Shown here piece after piece: positions 13,301 through 25,415 of a DNA stretch of 64,000 nucleotides (position 1 is the stretch's first letter; every line of letters starts with the position of its first letter). The translations under genes were made by a program, and so were the position numbers. The notes under the pieces are model-generated. The model was not told the DNA's origin. It made no database searches and saw nothing but the letters and a program-made list of their open reading frames with translations. The stretch comes from Psilocybe cubensis (Eukaryota), in contig CM038999.1 of the NCBI GenBank assembly GCA_017499595.2, positions 3,782,001 through 3,846,000 of the forward strand, given 5' to 3'.

Positions 13301-14927
13301 ACGGATGGCTTAGCTAGGGACGCGTCCCGGTGCGCCATGCGCTTGGGAGACCTGAACAAATCTGTAGAGTTTCTTGAAGCAGGGAGAAGTGTGTTTTGGT
13401 CGCAGGTTCTTTCTCTTCGATCTCCTTTCGATGTGCTACGCAATGTTGAACCGAATGGCTCAGCACTGGCCGATAGATTACAAGCAATTGCTCGAGAATT
13501 AGAAATTGGCGGACATCGTGAAGTTTCAGCGCACCCCCTTGACAACCGCACCAGACTTTCGATAGACCAGGAATCGTCTCGTCTCAATCGTCTCAACGAA
13601 GAATGGGATGAGATAATTATGAAAGTACGGAAATTCCCAGGATTCGAGGAGTTTCTACACCCACCTCGTATATCGTCACTTCAAGCTGCCGCCTCCGTAC
13701 ACCCTGTCGTCTTTCTTATTGCTAATAGTGATGAAAGTCATTGCCTCATCATGACATCTAAGGTCATTCACCATATTCCTCTCCCAAACTTCAAAGCCCC
13801 TTTCCTAGAGGTACTTGTTGAAAACGTACGAATGGCTTCGTCCTCTTTTGTGACGCGGTCATTAATCGACAAAACTCGTCGGGTGATGACAGAGACACTT
13901 GGCAAGGAAAGAGGGATTAGCTATCAGGATCCAGAAGACTCGGACGGTATTTTCAGGTTTGTTCTACAATTACTTTGGGAAGAGATAGTCATGCCCGTTA
14001 TTGAATTTCTTGGTATCAAGGTTGGTTGGTTCCTACCTTTATGCCTATGCGTGCTTCAACTGATCAATGATATCTAGAAACATTCGGATGATATATCAGC
14101 TATACAGTGGTGTCCAACTGGTCATTTCACATTCTTACCCATTCATGCCGCAGGCATTTATGACGCTGATAATTCAATCATTGACTGCGCAGCTGACTAC
14201 TTTGTTTCTTCATACACCCCGACAGTTGGCGTCCTTCTTGCTGCGCCATCTTTATCTGTGTCGGACAAATTCAAAATGATGGCTGTAGTCCAACCTCAAG
14301 AATTGCCGTCTACAACGATGGAGTTGAAGAAAATACGCACCCATGTGCCCAACGACGCCCTTGTTGCGTTTGGAGTTCCTGGTACACCTGCCTTTGTTGA
14401 AACTGTCGCTTCGCTACTGCCTGACGCCTCTATCGTCCACTTTGCGTGTCACGGCCATCAAGATGCATCGCACCCATTAGACAGCGGACTACAACTCAAT
14501 GATGGGCAGCTCCGGATCTCGAGAATCATGAAGGAAAAATTGCCAAACGGTGCACTGGCCTTTCTTTCAGCATGCGAGACGGCTATGGGCGATGCAAATA
14601 TCCCGGACGAGGCAATGAGCTTAGCTGCCGGTTTGCTATTTTGCGGATTCAGGCGTGTAGTTGCTACTATGTGGTGAGCTTTTAACCATTTAAAAGACTG
14701 ATTTCTATTAATCACGACAACAATTTAGGATGATGAGGGATGAAGACGGGCCCAGCATTGCGGATGCATTTTACCGTGAGCTTTTCCAAGGTCCGGACGG
14801 GAAGAAAACCAACATACCTGATGTGACAAAGTCTGCGTATGCACTTCACATTGCTGTGAAAGACTTGCGTTCGAGGAAGGTTTCGTTCCGTCGATGGGTT
14901 CCTTTTATTCATATGGGAACATGCTGA
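10364..14927 (+). CDS. TPR-repeat + CHAT (caspase HetF-associated with TPRs) protease
   Basis: 3.66-kb first exon with tandem DLDEAISLxRQALELxPxxHPxRxxxLNNLAxxLxxRF repeats; introns 14021-14077 and ~14675-14729. CHAT motifs WCPTGHFTFLPIHAAG, SSYTPT, HFACHG (His codon 14450), FLSACETAMG (Cys codon 14573), VVATMW, WVPFIHMG. Confidence 0.93.
10517..13120 (+). repeat. Coding tandem array of 20 TPR-like units with 135-nt (45-aa) period
   Basis: DL(D/E)xAI anchor codons at 10517, 10652, 10787 ... 13082 = 10517 + 19x135. Confidence 0.9.
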
Positions 14928-16121
14928 ATCAATTCCTATCAGTGGAGCTTTATTACGCGACTCCTATACGGTGGATAGGCGCGGGTGGGCAATGTCAGAT
15001 CTGTGTTTTTGCGGGAACTTATTCCTATAAATATGTAGATTATGTGATACAGCCTCATCCTTAATGTTAGGTTCGTCTACCCGGTAATATTGATTCGAAT
15101 CTGCATTTCCTACTGGAATGCATGAACTGCGCCCAAATTATATTGCTATCGATGAATGTCATGTCTGGAACTGACTGACACGTCCAAGCAACACCAATCA
15201 AAAAAGTACAATTCCACTGTCGGTCACTTTTCTACCTGGTTTGAAAGGTGCGAAGCAATACCTCACGTCGGCAAGAGTGTTAAGATTCATTAATATTCCA
15301 TGTACGCAACAAAAAATAAGTTTAATATACATATGTAGACATTCAGAACGCAAGCGACAAAGATAGAGTAAATTTTGAACCAAGCAAATTTTGACAATTC
15401 GGAAGTCGCCTTTGTAGCTCCGTTGTAACCCTACTGTTGCTAGTGTGGCAAGGCGGCAACTTACAGTCGCACAATTTAATTCCACTCTGTCAATGTGAAA
15501 TAACAGTCAGAAAACCAAGGACTCGTACCGCCGTGCGAAGCGACGGCCTTCAACTCAAGTGTTTTTTCTGCTTTGTGTAACAACTATATTTTTGCTATGC
15601 AGCTTACGGTCTTACCTATGGCCCCATGGGCCATCATCGACGTTTGCCGAGCGGAGCTCTAAATATACTGAGTCAGCAGAGACATGCCGCATTTCCGGAT
15701 GAGCCAATATCAGGCTCCGCTTCATATCATTTCAAATCCAAGTCAACGGCATCAAAGTTTATCAATTTTGTGTCAAGCTACTCCTGACGACAACCTGACG
15801 AGTCTCGTTGCCCAACGCCATCACTGCCCATATTACAGACAAAGAATGAGCTTCGTCGTCTTGTATGATGCGGATTATTCCTAATGGATAATTCTTTTCA
15901 CCCAACGCAATTCAATCAAAAGAAATCGGGATGCAATCACCGGGTTGCAGTGATTATTTGGGTGGGTTTGTTCAACTGTCGAATCATGAAATATGTTTAC
16001 TAACTGACTCGAAGGTTAAGTATACAGGCTGATATAAAAACAATGCGATTTGGATGAAATAAAAATGGTGTTGGTGGTACATACGAAGTGCGTTATATGC
16101 CGTTTAGTCGAGAATTTTGCC

Positions 16122-17592
16122 TCATTCTGCGTTTCCGTTGATAGAAGCCAGCCCGGAAGATAGAATTACCTTCGGACGTAACAGAACGGATTCATGCCAA
16201 TCTCCTGTGGTTCCAGATATCTTCTCCGCTCTCACGAGTCCCAGATCCGTCGTACAGAGAATCATGTCATGGCCGTTTTCCAACTTTCTCGCAGATGTCG
16301 TCCGAAGAGCGTCCTCCATCGTGGTAGCATTGTAGGGCACGTCGGGAGCAATGTAGAGGGCTTCAAGATCGCACGATGTAACACCCTCTCCGATTTGCTT
16401 GTTGAGTCGCTTCGCCAAATTCATCACCGTAGAGATTTGTCCAGAGAACCGATTCAGGATCCAATCATGTACGGTCATCAGGCTTTTGTTATAGCCCGCA
16501 GTAACGAAGATACTTGCAAAAGCATCGGCCATCTCGGACGTCAGGTCTGGATCCTGTGAAAGCATTCGCTGCAGATGCGTTCTGGTTAGCTGTCGCCAGC
16601 GACCAGACACAGCTTGTTCTTCTACAATATCAGAATGTAAGTTCCGTCACCATTCATTGCATTTGAGACAAACCTGATTCACGGACTCGCGCATAGATTT
16701 CGCTGAGCATGTGTTCGTCCTCTGGTGTTTCAAAACACCATGATGAGACTATCCAATGCGTATATGCGGCCATACTTGCTTGAAGAGCGATCTGAATGAG
16801 AATAGGGTCTTCATGGTGTTCAGTCGTCTTCAACAAATCTGCCATCCGAGGTCCAATAATTTCTTCAGTTCGTGCGTACGCCTCCTTCAAATCATCAGGT
16901 TCCATCGTCTCCGCCTCACCCGCACCACTGTCCACATCCGCTCCACTCATCGCGACATTGCCTCCGCCAGTTTCCTTTCCATCCTTTTTCTCGACACCCA
17001 ATTCTTCGGCCAGGACTGCCGCCGTTTGCATAATCTCAGCGTTCAAACCCTCCACCAATTTGATAACATCTGCGCCGGAAAGCTGGTCAGCTTTCGTCAA
17101 GAAAGCCTGGGCGCCTTTGAGTTCTGCTGTTCGGGTCCGAAGCAAATCGACTGCTTGCAAATTTTCTCCTTTTACCCGATTCAGTTCCGCTTCCAGCAGT
17201 TGATTTCGAGCACTGAGGGTCTTCGTCCGATCGACCAGCGTTCGGTTTTGCAGTTTGGCCCCCTCGAGGTCGCGACCGATATCCGCTACCTTCTTACGGA
17301 GGCCTTCGATCTCTTCCAAATTTGACAGCACTGCTATCTTGGTCTGCTGGACTTCGGCATCTCGCTTCTTCAACACATCCCGAAGCAGCGCCAACTCCTC
17401 CTCTTGTCGCCTATGCGCCTCGCGTTCATCTATTCGCCACTTTTGTACGTTCTTCCAGAGTGCAGCGTACTTCCAGGCCCCGTAAAAAGTTGCCGCCGAC
17501 AACCCCAGTACAGAGCAATATGTTGCAAATTTTGTTGTGGGCCAGAGCGATAGAGGAAGCTTCACTGGAGGAGCAAGAGGAGTGGGTTGCAT
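16122..17592 (-). CDS. Coiled-coil family protein X1: N-terminal hydrophobic segment, coiled coil, conserved helical + GrpE-like C-terminal domain
   Basis: ORFs 16654..17592 and 16122..16610 are joined by phase-1 intron 16622-16673 (RVRES/EEQAVSGRWRQLT). Putative TM segment FATYCSVLGLSAATFYGAWKYAALW. An alternative short first exon from ATG 17685 is possible. Confidence 0.8.
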
Positions 17593-18734
17593 TGTTTAGG
17601 TCGTTTAGAGAATTCGCATCGTCTTGGAGTTCTTACGCGTCTGGCAGGCTTGCTCTTTTGGCTTCCAGAGGTTGCGGTGCGCCATGAGGCGGAAACGTGT
17701 GGTTCGCCGGGTTGAGTATGGAACTTGGTCCAGCTCCCTCCCCTGGGCCTCGTGGGATCAAAATAGCACGACGCCAATTTTGACATGCAGTTTTGTCTCG
17801 GCTGATGGCCTCCCGCAAACCCTTCTGTAGACACACTGTCTTATCATGCGCGAAACGCAGATTGAACTGCGTATCTGCCCCACGTAGTGATGGATTTCTC
17901 AGGCTGGACAACCCTCAAACCTACTCATCGACCTCGTTTTGTTCCAACTCAAAAGCGGCGTTGATTATACTATCCGCCAGAATATTCATTTGCGTTTAAT
18001 AGCTCGAGTACGCGCGATGTCAGGAAGTTTGATGAGGAGTGTCGGAGGAATAAATCAAGACAAATGAGCAAAGAGTTCTTATCAGTGATCGTTTGGGCGC
18101 CATCCTACATTTGGATGTTTTCGGACACATGACTAGGTACCTGGGACGCTAAATATTGAACTATAAGGGGACCGTGTAGAGTTATACACTCCTGTGTTAC
18201 GACTTTGACAGGTTTGCAGTTCATTTTGGACAAACTAATCCCCAGTCGTTCCTGTGATTGAATCATGAAAACGCGCCGAAGTGTTATCATATGGGCATAA
18301 TTATACACGGCGGGCAATTGGCGATCATGTTTGCGGGACACAAAATATGAAAGGTAACCTCCACACCATCTTTGTCACAAGTTTAGGAATGTTTCTGGCT
18401 GCCTGGGATCGATTCATTTTCTGTGTATCTAGCAGAAAAGAAGTACATACTATCGATTTCTTGTACCTAAAGTCGGACAACAAGAAACAAACCCAAAAGT
18501 TCGTTTTTGTGACACCGATGGTGTCATAAAATCCTGCCTCGTAACCTCCCGCACACATGCCATTTGGCAACATGACGGCCAGCAATTGCCCACTGTGATA
18601 TATATAATCTTGCCACGCATCGACGATGACGTTTATGACTCGTGTTGATAAATTACGACAACCAGTGTCGGGTCTAGGTAGGTATGTACAACTAATTACA
18701 TGCTCGATATTATGGCTAAAGTAACAATCTCATC

Positions 18735-21025
18735 TTACAGTAAACCGGCGTTTAGGAACACTTTGGGCATCAGGAGGATTTGCTCGCTTTCGCCTGCCAT
18801 ACTTTGCACCGTTTTTAAACCCAAGGCGGTCGTACAGACAACTTCTTCGTCTGGAGGCGCGGTCACGTTCAATTTCCGGCTGGCGCTCTCAAAGGGGTTT
18901 TCATTTTGCATACACCTGGGGTCGAACACCTTTCCAGCGTCGATGAGGATAGCCTCGAGATCCCGGCCTTCACCTGCCATTGTCAAGGTGTTGAGGCGGA
19001 CCGCCTGAGATACCATACCAGCCAAGTTTCTTGAATACTTATCGCGCAGCATTTCGTCAACTGCACTTTGTTGAGACCACCCACAAACGGTCAACACTGC
19101 CTGGATTTGTTCGGTCAAGTAGGTGACCAGTTTTGCATTCCTATCTGTTGAAGGAACACAACTCTGTTGAGTCGCCTTTTTCCAAATCGACGCAATCTCT
19201 GGCCCACCTAGTTACGGCAGGTTTGAGATCACGACAGAAAATAAATAAGCAGTGACTCACCTGTTCCCCGGATCCTTTCATAAAGAGCGTACAAAAAATT
19301 GCCATATTCCCATTCAGCGGGATACCACGAAGTGATGATGCGCAAGCAGGAGGCGGTCAGGCATCCTTGGAGCGCTGTCTGGACGAAGAGAGGATTGTGT
19401 TCTTCTGAAGGTATCTGTGCTTCTTCCTGGAGATTTCTGACAAGCTCTAATCCAAGCATCGATTTCAGAATCTCTGCCTTGGCAGACGCGCTCTCATCCT
19501 CGACGACGAACCTCTTTGGGATGTTTTCCAATTGATCGGTCATGGCAGCGGCAGTTTGGAAGATCTCTTCGTTGAGCATCTTGATCGTCGATATCGCGCT
19601 TTCAATCCGAGATGGCCCACTCATCAATGCTCTCCCCAGAATCAACGGCGCAAAGCGGGTAACGCTACTGCTGGCCAAACCGCTACCATTTTTGCTGGCC
19701 TGAAGTTCGTTGGATTGTCGACGGAGTTGATCGATAAACATCCGGTTTTGGCGTTCAGCTTCATTTAAGTTGCTTTGGAGGTGGACAAGCTGAGATGCGA
19801 GATTTTCGTTGTTTTTCTCGACCATCCGGATGTGGCTCTCCTTCTCCGCGACTCGGCTTCGTTCTTCGGCTATTTCATCCTGGTATCGTTGGCATAGAAG
19901 TTCAAGGTCGCGGGTTCTAGTGTAGACTGCCCCGACCTCTTCACGCCCTTCAACAAGCCGCCCTTCCAGGCGACTGATCTGCATCTCCTGTGACCTAGCC
20001 TTCTCCTGTTCCTCCGCCAGACGCATCTCTAGTTGAACTATGTTCTCCTCCTGCGCTACGAGCTGGGCATGTAGCTCGGTTTTCTGCCTGTCAAAAGAGG
20101 CAAGCTGTTGGCGGGCATCGTGCCTTTCCACACCAATGATACCCTTCAATCGATCGATCTCCTCCAAGAGCTCCTCCTTTTCGTGTCTCGCCGCTTCGAC
20201 CAAGCCTTGCTTGTCGCGCATCGTCTCTTCAACCAAGCTTTCCTTCTGACGCATCGCCTCCTCAATCAAAATTTCCTTCTCCTTAGAGAGCCTGGCAATT
20301 TCTACCCCCATGGTCTCCGTTTGGGCCAGAAGTTCTTCGATGATTCGTGATTTAGCCTGAATCTCCTCTTGTGCGATTTTCAAGGTGAGTTGGATATCCT
20401 CATGTGTTTCGGGTGCTGTGATGACCTCTTTTACAGGCTCTACTTCCGTGTGCTCGTGTTGGAATTCCGCATCTTGCTGAAGATTCTGGGCTGCTTCGTG
20501 AACGGTATTGTCAACGTCGAGAGGCTCAGCTACGAAGGTTTTTTCCTGTACATTTCTATCGTCCTTTGTCGCCTCCAACTCTGTCCACTCTGTTTCGGAA
20601 CTTCTTGCCTCCGGTTGCAAGGGCGCAACAAATTCAGCGCCCTCGGCTACCTCTCCTGTCTTTTTTTCGGGTATAACAGTATATCCTGGCTCTTCGACGG
20701 ACGATGGCCTTGTCTGCGAGTCGACAATAGGAGGGATAATTTCGATGGATTCGGACTCGGAGACGACAGGTGGCGGCGACGGCGATGGTTCTTTTACAAG
20801 CACAGACTCCAGGTCCGTGTTCGGCTCTAGTTTTGTGGTACTAGAAATGGTTGTCGTAGGTGGGGTTGGGAGGAAAATGGTGGAAGATTTTGGAGTGGCA
20901 TTTTTTTCCTTTTCGCCAATCGACAAGTTGAGTAAAGAATTTGATCTCGTAGCTTCCGAAGGAGCGCGTTTGGTGGTTTTCGCGCGACTCTTTCCGAGTA
21001 GCTTTGATACCGAGAATAAGGACAT
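18735..21025 (-). CDS. Coiled-coil family protein X2: long disordered N-terminus, long coiled coil, conserved C-terminal domain
   Basis: ORF 19229..21079 (first ATG 21025) is joined to 18735..19118 by phase-1 intron 19208-19260 (RIRGT/GGPEIASIWK). Motifs LNEEIFQTAA, QTALQ, GKVFDPRCM, VVCTTALGL, ILLMPKVFL are shared with X1/X3/X4. Confidence 0.8.
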
Positions 21026-21811
21026 GAATGGGTATGGGGGCGGATTGGTATGGGTTGGCTGGTTGGTAGTCTGTGACACGTCTGCGGGAAGGCCCTTTTA
21101 GAGAGGTCTATGTCTGTGGCAGGCCTGCGCGCCTTGGCTTATGGTTCCATTTGTGGGCAAACATAAGTCTTTGCGCATGTTTCTTTCGACATGGTGCCCA
21201 CCATGAGGCATTCTTTTTTGATGATCGGAGACGTTGTGCCCTCAATGAGGCTCCAAGGTTGTTTCATCGCTGATTCTTGATAGCTGGCACTGCTGGTAAA
21301 ACGAGGTGCAAGGCCTTAGGCCTTAGCCTTAAGTGTCAGACCTGCTCTCTAGTCGCAAAGGCCTGAAACTGATTTTTGCCTTGTATAGTGCTATTGATCC
21401 CTTCTGTGCTCTTTCTACCTATTTTCTGATAGTACTCGTGCCATTCAGATACCACTTGCCCTGATGATCGTGGTGGCTGGTAATCTTGATTATGAAGGCT
21501 GTCCAAATGCTTGATAGCCGTCGGGAGGGCGGTGCATCCTACCAAACGGCAACCAGACACTGTATCTTAATATCCGTACGCCCTTCCCCCTCTCACAAAG
21601 TTTAAGGATTAAAAGACTTCTGCTATCGTAACAATTCACCTGCTATCCTTGCGTTATCTATACGTTTACCCGACAATAACAATGAGAATCAATTAAGCGC
21701 CTGGTGTCCTTTTATGGACCAAGAATCTGTCAACGAGGCAGTGACCTGAACGTCAGTCGTGATACAGCCAACATTCCCAAGGATCCTTATCCTTCTCTTC
21801 CTCTAACTATC

Positions 21812-24328
21812 ATGGCATCGCGCTCACCGTATCGTGGCCCTCGAAGAAAGTTGGTCCTTGCATTCGACGTTGGAACCACGTACAGCGGTATATCGTACAG
21901 GTATTGTTCTTGTCATTTATAAAACATCTTTCCCACATACTCATTTCAATCCAGTGTGCTTGATCCTGGGCAGATTCCAGAAATCAAGGGTGTTACGAGG
22001 TATGTGATGCCGTGAGACTAAACGGTGCATCATGAATGGCACGCTAGCGAACGCTTGGTGTCACTGACGACAACATCGATCGCCCAGATTCCCCGCACAC
22101 GAACACATTAGTGGCGCTTCAAAGATACCTACAGTCATTTACTATGATCGTAAAGGTGTTGTTCGCGCTGTGGGGGCCGAAGCGATGCGAGAGGGTATCT
22201 TCGAAACAGCTGCTGAAGAAAATTGGATAAAAGCAGAGTGGTATGTATGGGGTATTCCACGATATTAGCATTGCATCTTAAAGATTTCAAGGTTCAAACT
22301 TCATCTACGCTCGAAAGTAGGAGCAGGAAAACATGTATCCGGCGACATCCCTCCTTTACCACTCAACATGGGTGTCGTCGAGGTCTTTGCTGACTTCCTC
22401 AAATACCTGTTTGAATGTGCCTCGAGCTACATTCAGGACACGCACGCGAATGGGGTCAACCTTTGGGCTTCTGTATCTGGGCACATCGACTTTGTGCTTT
22501 CTCACCCCAATGGCTGGGAAGGAACACAGCAAAGCGAAATGAGGATGGCCGCTGTCCTTGCTGGTCTCGTCCCCGATACTGTAAGCGGCCATGCTCGCCT
22601 GTCATTCGTGACCGAGGGTGAAGCTAGTCTTCATTATGCTATTCATAATGGACTTCCTTCTGGTGCGATGAATGTGAGTGTCCTTTCTCTACGAAGGTTA
22701 TTCGAACCGTCTCTAACATCATCGCAGAACGGAGATGGCGTTGTGATTGTGGACGCAGGAGGGGGCACCATCGATATAAGCTCATACAGTAAGAGCTCGC
22801 GGGGCGGCAAGGAAGTATTTGAAGAAATTGCTGCGCCACAATGTCTGTTTCGATACTACTTCGACCCTTCTAGTGCTAATGATTGCTGTAGGTCATTTTC
22901 ATGGCTCTGTCTTCGTCACTATCCATGCGAAATTATTCCTAGAGAGTGAGAGTGTATTACCTCCGGGATTTTCACAATATTGATATTTCCATGGCTCAGA
23001 CTTCCTCTCTGATTCTCCTTTCGCGGATGACGTTGAACATATCGTGGGCTGTTTCGACAAGACGACAAAATTACGTTTTAGAGACGCTGCGGAAGCCCAG
23101 TATATCAGGTTTGGATCCACACGGGATAATGATGCCAACTATAACATTCGATTTGGACAGCTCAAGCTTCAAGGGTAAGCTCCGTTAGTCTAAGCTTCTT
23201 TCACCACTAAGTGATTGTAGTTCGGATGTGGCTTTGTTCTTCGAACCTTCAGTGGATTGTATCGTGAAGGCTGTTCTTGAGCAACGGAAATCAGCTCATA
23301 AGCCTATTTCGGTGAGTGCAAGTCAACGTGATGCTAGACGTGTTAAGTTGATCAGGTTGATCTTGGTTTAGCACGTTGTCCTGGTCGGAGGTTTTGCTGC
23401 GAGTGACTGGCTATTCAACAAGATCACTGAAGCCTTGACACCTTCGAAACTTAACATTATACGTCCTGAGAACCATGTGTACGTCGTCGTTTCTCATGAC
23501 TCATGTACCGCTGACATAGTGTGAGCAGCAATAAAGCCGTCTCTGATGGGGCCATCTCATTCTACTTGGACCATTTTGTGCGTACTCGCGTGTCAAAGGT
23601 CACATACGGAAACTTTTGTCATATTCCGTTCGACCCTACTTCTCCCGAACATAAGCTTCGATCTGCATCTACCTTTATGTCTGTATCTGGGACCAAACGA
23701 ATTAGCGATTCTTTTGATATTATTCTTCCCAAGGTAGGCGCACCAGAACAACAATCTATGTTGCCGAATGATAACAACTGAATCTATGGATAATAGAATA
23801 CTCAAGTCACAGAAATGAAAGAGTTTAGGAAATCGTACTTCCGGGAATCAGAAGCAAGGAGCGAATTCAAAGCCGCCGTGTTTGCGGTATGGTGTTATCG
23901 AGGATTGGTTGCAGAACCCAGGTGGAAGGATGTAGACACCGGTGCGTTATTACGTAGAATACAATTTTTATAGCCTGACCTTCCACAGCAAATTATACCA
24001 AGCTCTGCACCATTGAGATCGACCTCTCAAATGTACCTCTTAGTCCTCGATCCAAGCCAAACTCTGCAGGAGTTTATTATAGACTGGATTACGATATTGT
24101 ACTGCTTTTTGGATTAACAGAGCTAAAGGCTCAGGTAGCTTGGAAAGAAGGGGTAAGTACTTTCTTTGTCTCCGGGTATAATGGCTAATTGATCTTCTGT
24201 GCTGCTACTAGAATACGGAGAAGCGGTAAATTTCCTCGTAGATATTTGGAATTATTTATACTCACAAATCTGTGTTTAGGAGCGCGGCGAAAATTGTTTA
24301 CGATCCCGATACCACAAATGATATTTGA
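21812..24328 (+). CDS. HSPA12-like atypical Hsp70 / actin-like ATPase (copy A), many introns
   Basis: RKLVLAFDVGTTYSGISY (phosphate-1), LSHPNGW, VTEGEASL, IVDAGGGTID (phosphate-2), VLVGGFAASDWL (adenosine), KAVSDGA. Ends SAAKIVYDPDTTNDI* (TGA 24326-24328); no EEVD tail. Confidence 0.9.
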
Positions 24329-25415
24329 ATGATGTGTAACGTTTGAACTTTAAATCTCGCAGCTAAATGCTTTTGATGGTCAAATCTCTCTTTTATAAAT
24401 CATTGTCTATATCTTTCATACAAACTGTTGTATTGACCTTACTCCTTGTGCCTGTCCTTTTGCATAGCTATCCTCTCTTTTATTTTTTTCCTCGACGAAA
24501 TGGGGTGAGTTGCATTCTAACTGCGCATCTACTTGCCAACTGGGATGGCCAATCGCAATTCAGATGGATCTTATCTTATCGTAAAACCTTAGTATCTAGT
24601 AGGTAGTTAGCGTAGAAAGGTGAGCGTCACTCACCCGTGCGTCTTGGCACCTAGATTGCTTGTTGCACGATAATAAACAGATTCAAAAAAAAGAAAGAAT
24701 GCATTGACCACCGCGATATGAGATGGCGAAAGGCGAAAAAATCTAGCCAGTTAAATTATCAGGTATCATACTACATAAGTAGAAAATAAAGAAAAGGTTT
24801 GCAGAATCAATGCCGAATCCTGCCGAATTTCCCAAGCCAATGCGAACTTTCCCGAGTAAAACATCTGGTTGGTACAACTCAAAAGTGTTTCTCTCTTTGC
24901 ACCTGTTCTGCCTGTTCAACAACAGGCTCCCTTCGACCTCAAACTGTATCGCCGTCATCCTTAAAAGATGATTGTACTCAAGCTATCTCTTTCATAGGTC
25001 CAGGCTTAGGAGACCTGTTGATCATGAGGTGAGTCAACCCAAAACGCGACGATTGAAGTGGCAGGCACAGCCCAACGTGAACATAATTGACTGCCCGGCG
25101 TGCCTTGTTTAAAATCATAAAGCATTATCCGGTTTATCTTCGACATAACGGCTCTACTACACAGCTCCAAATAACAAGGACCTGTAAATTTTATCCATCA
25201 TCCATTGCGTAGACGTGTGTCCTACATGCGACTACCAGGCAAACAGAACTTTACTTGTAAATAACCAGTGTAGGTTGTAATTCGCTGGCGTTGGATCAGG
25301 ATGAAGCTGTGCATCAGACGTGGTTGTCTAAAAGTAGATCAGAGGCGATGGCACCCGTGGAAAACCAGGATAAGGCTGAGCGCCTAACATCCAAGCCTTC
25401 TTCTCCTTCACCACC

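Noticed and set aside
14928-21800. Gasdermin or other known CHAT substrate beside the protease
   Set aside because: Neighbouring ORFs are coiled-coil/helical X-family proteins; I recognised no gasdermin-like beta-rich sequence.
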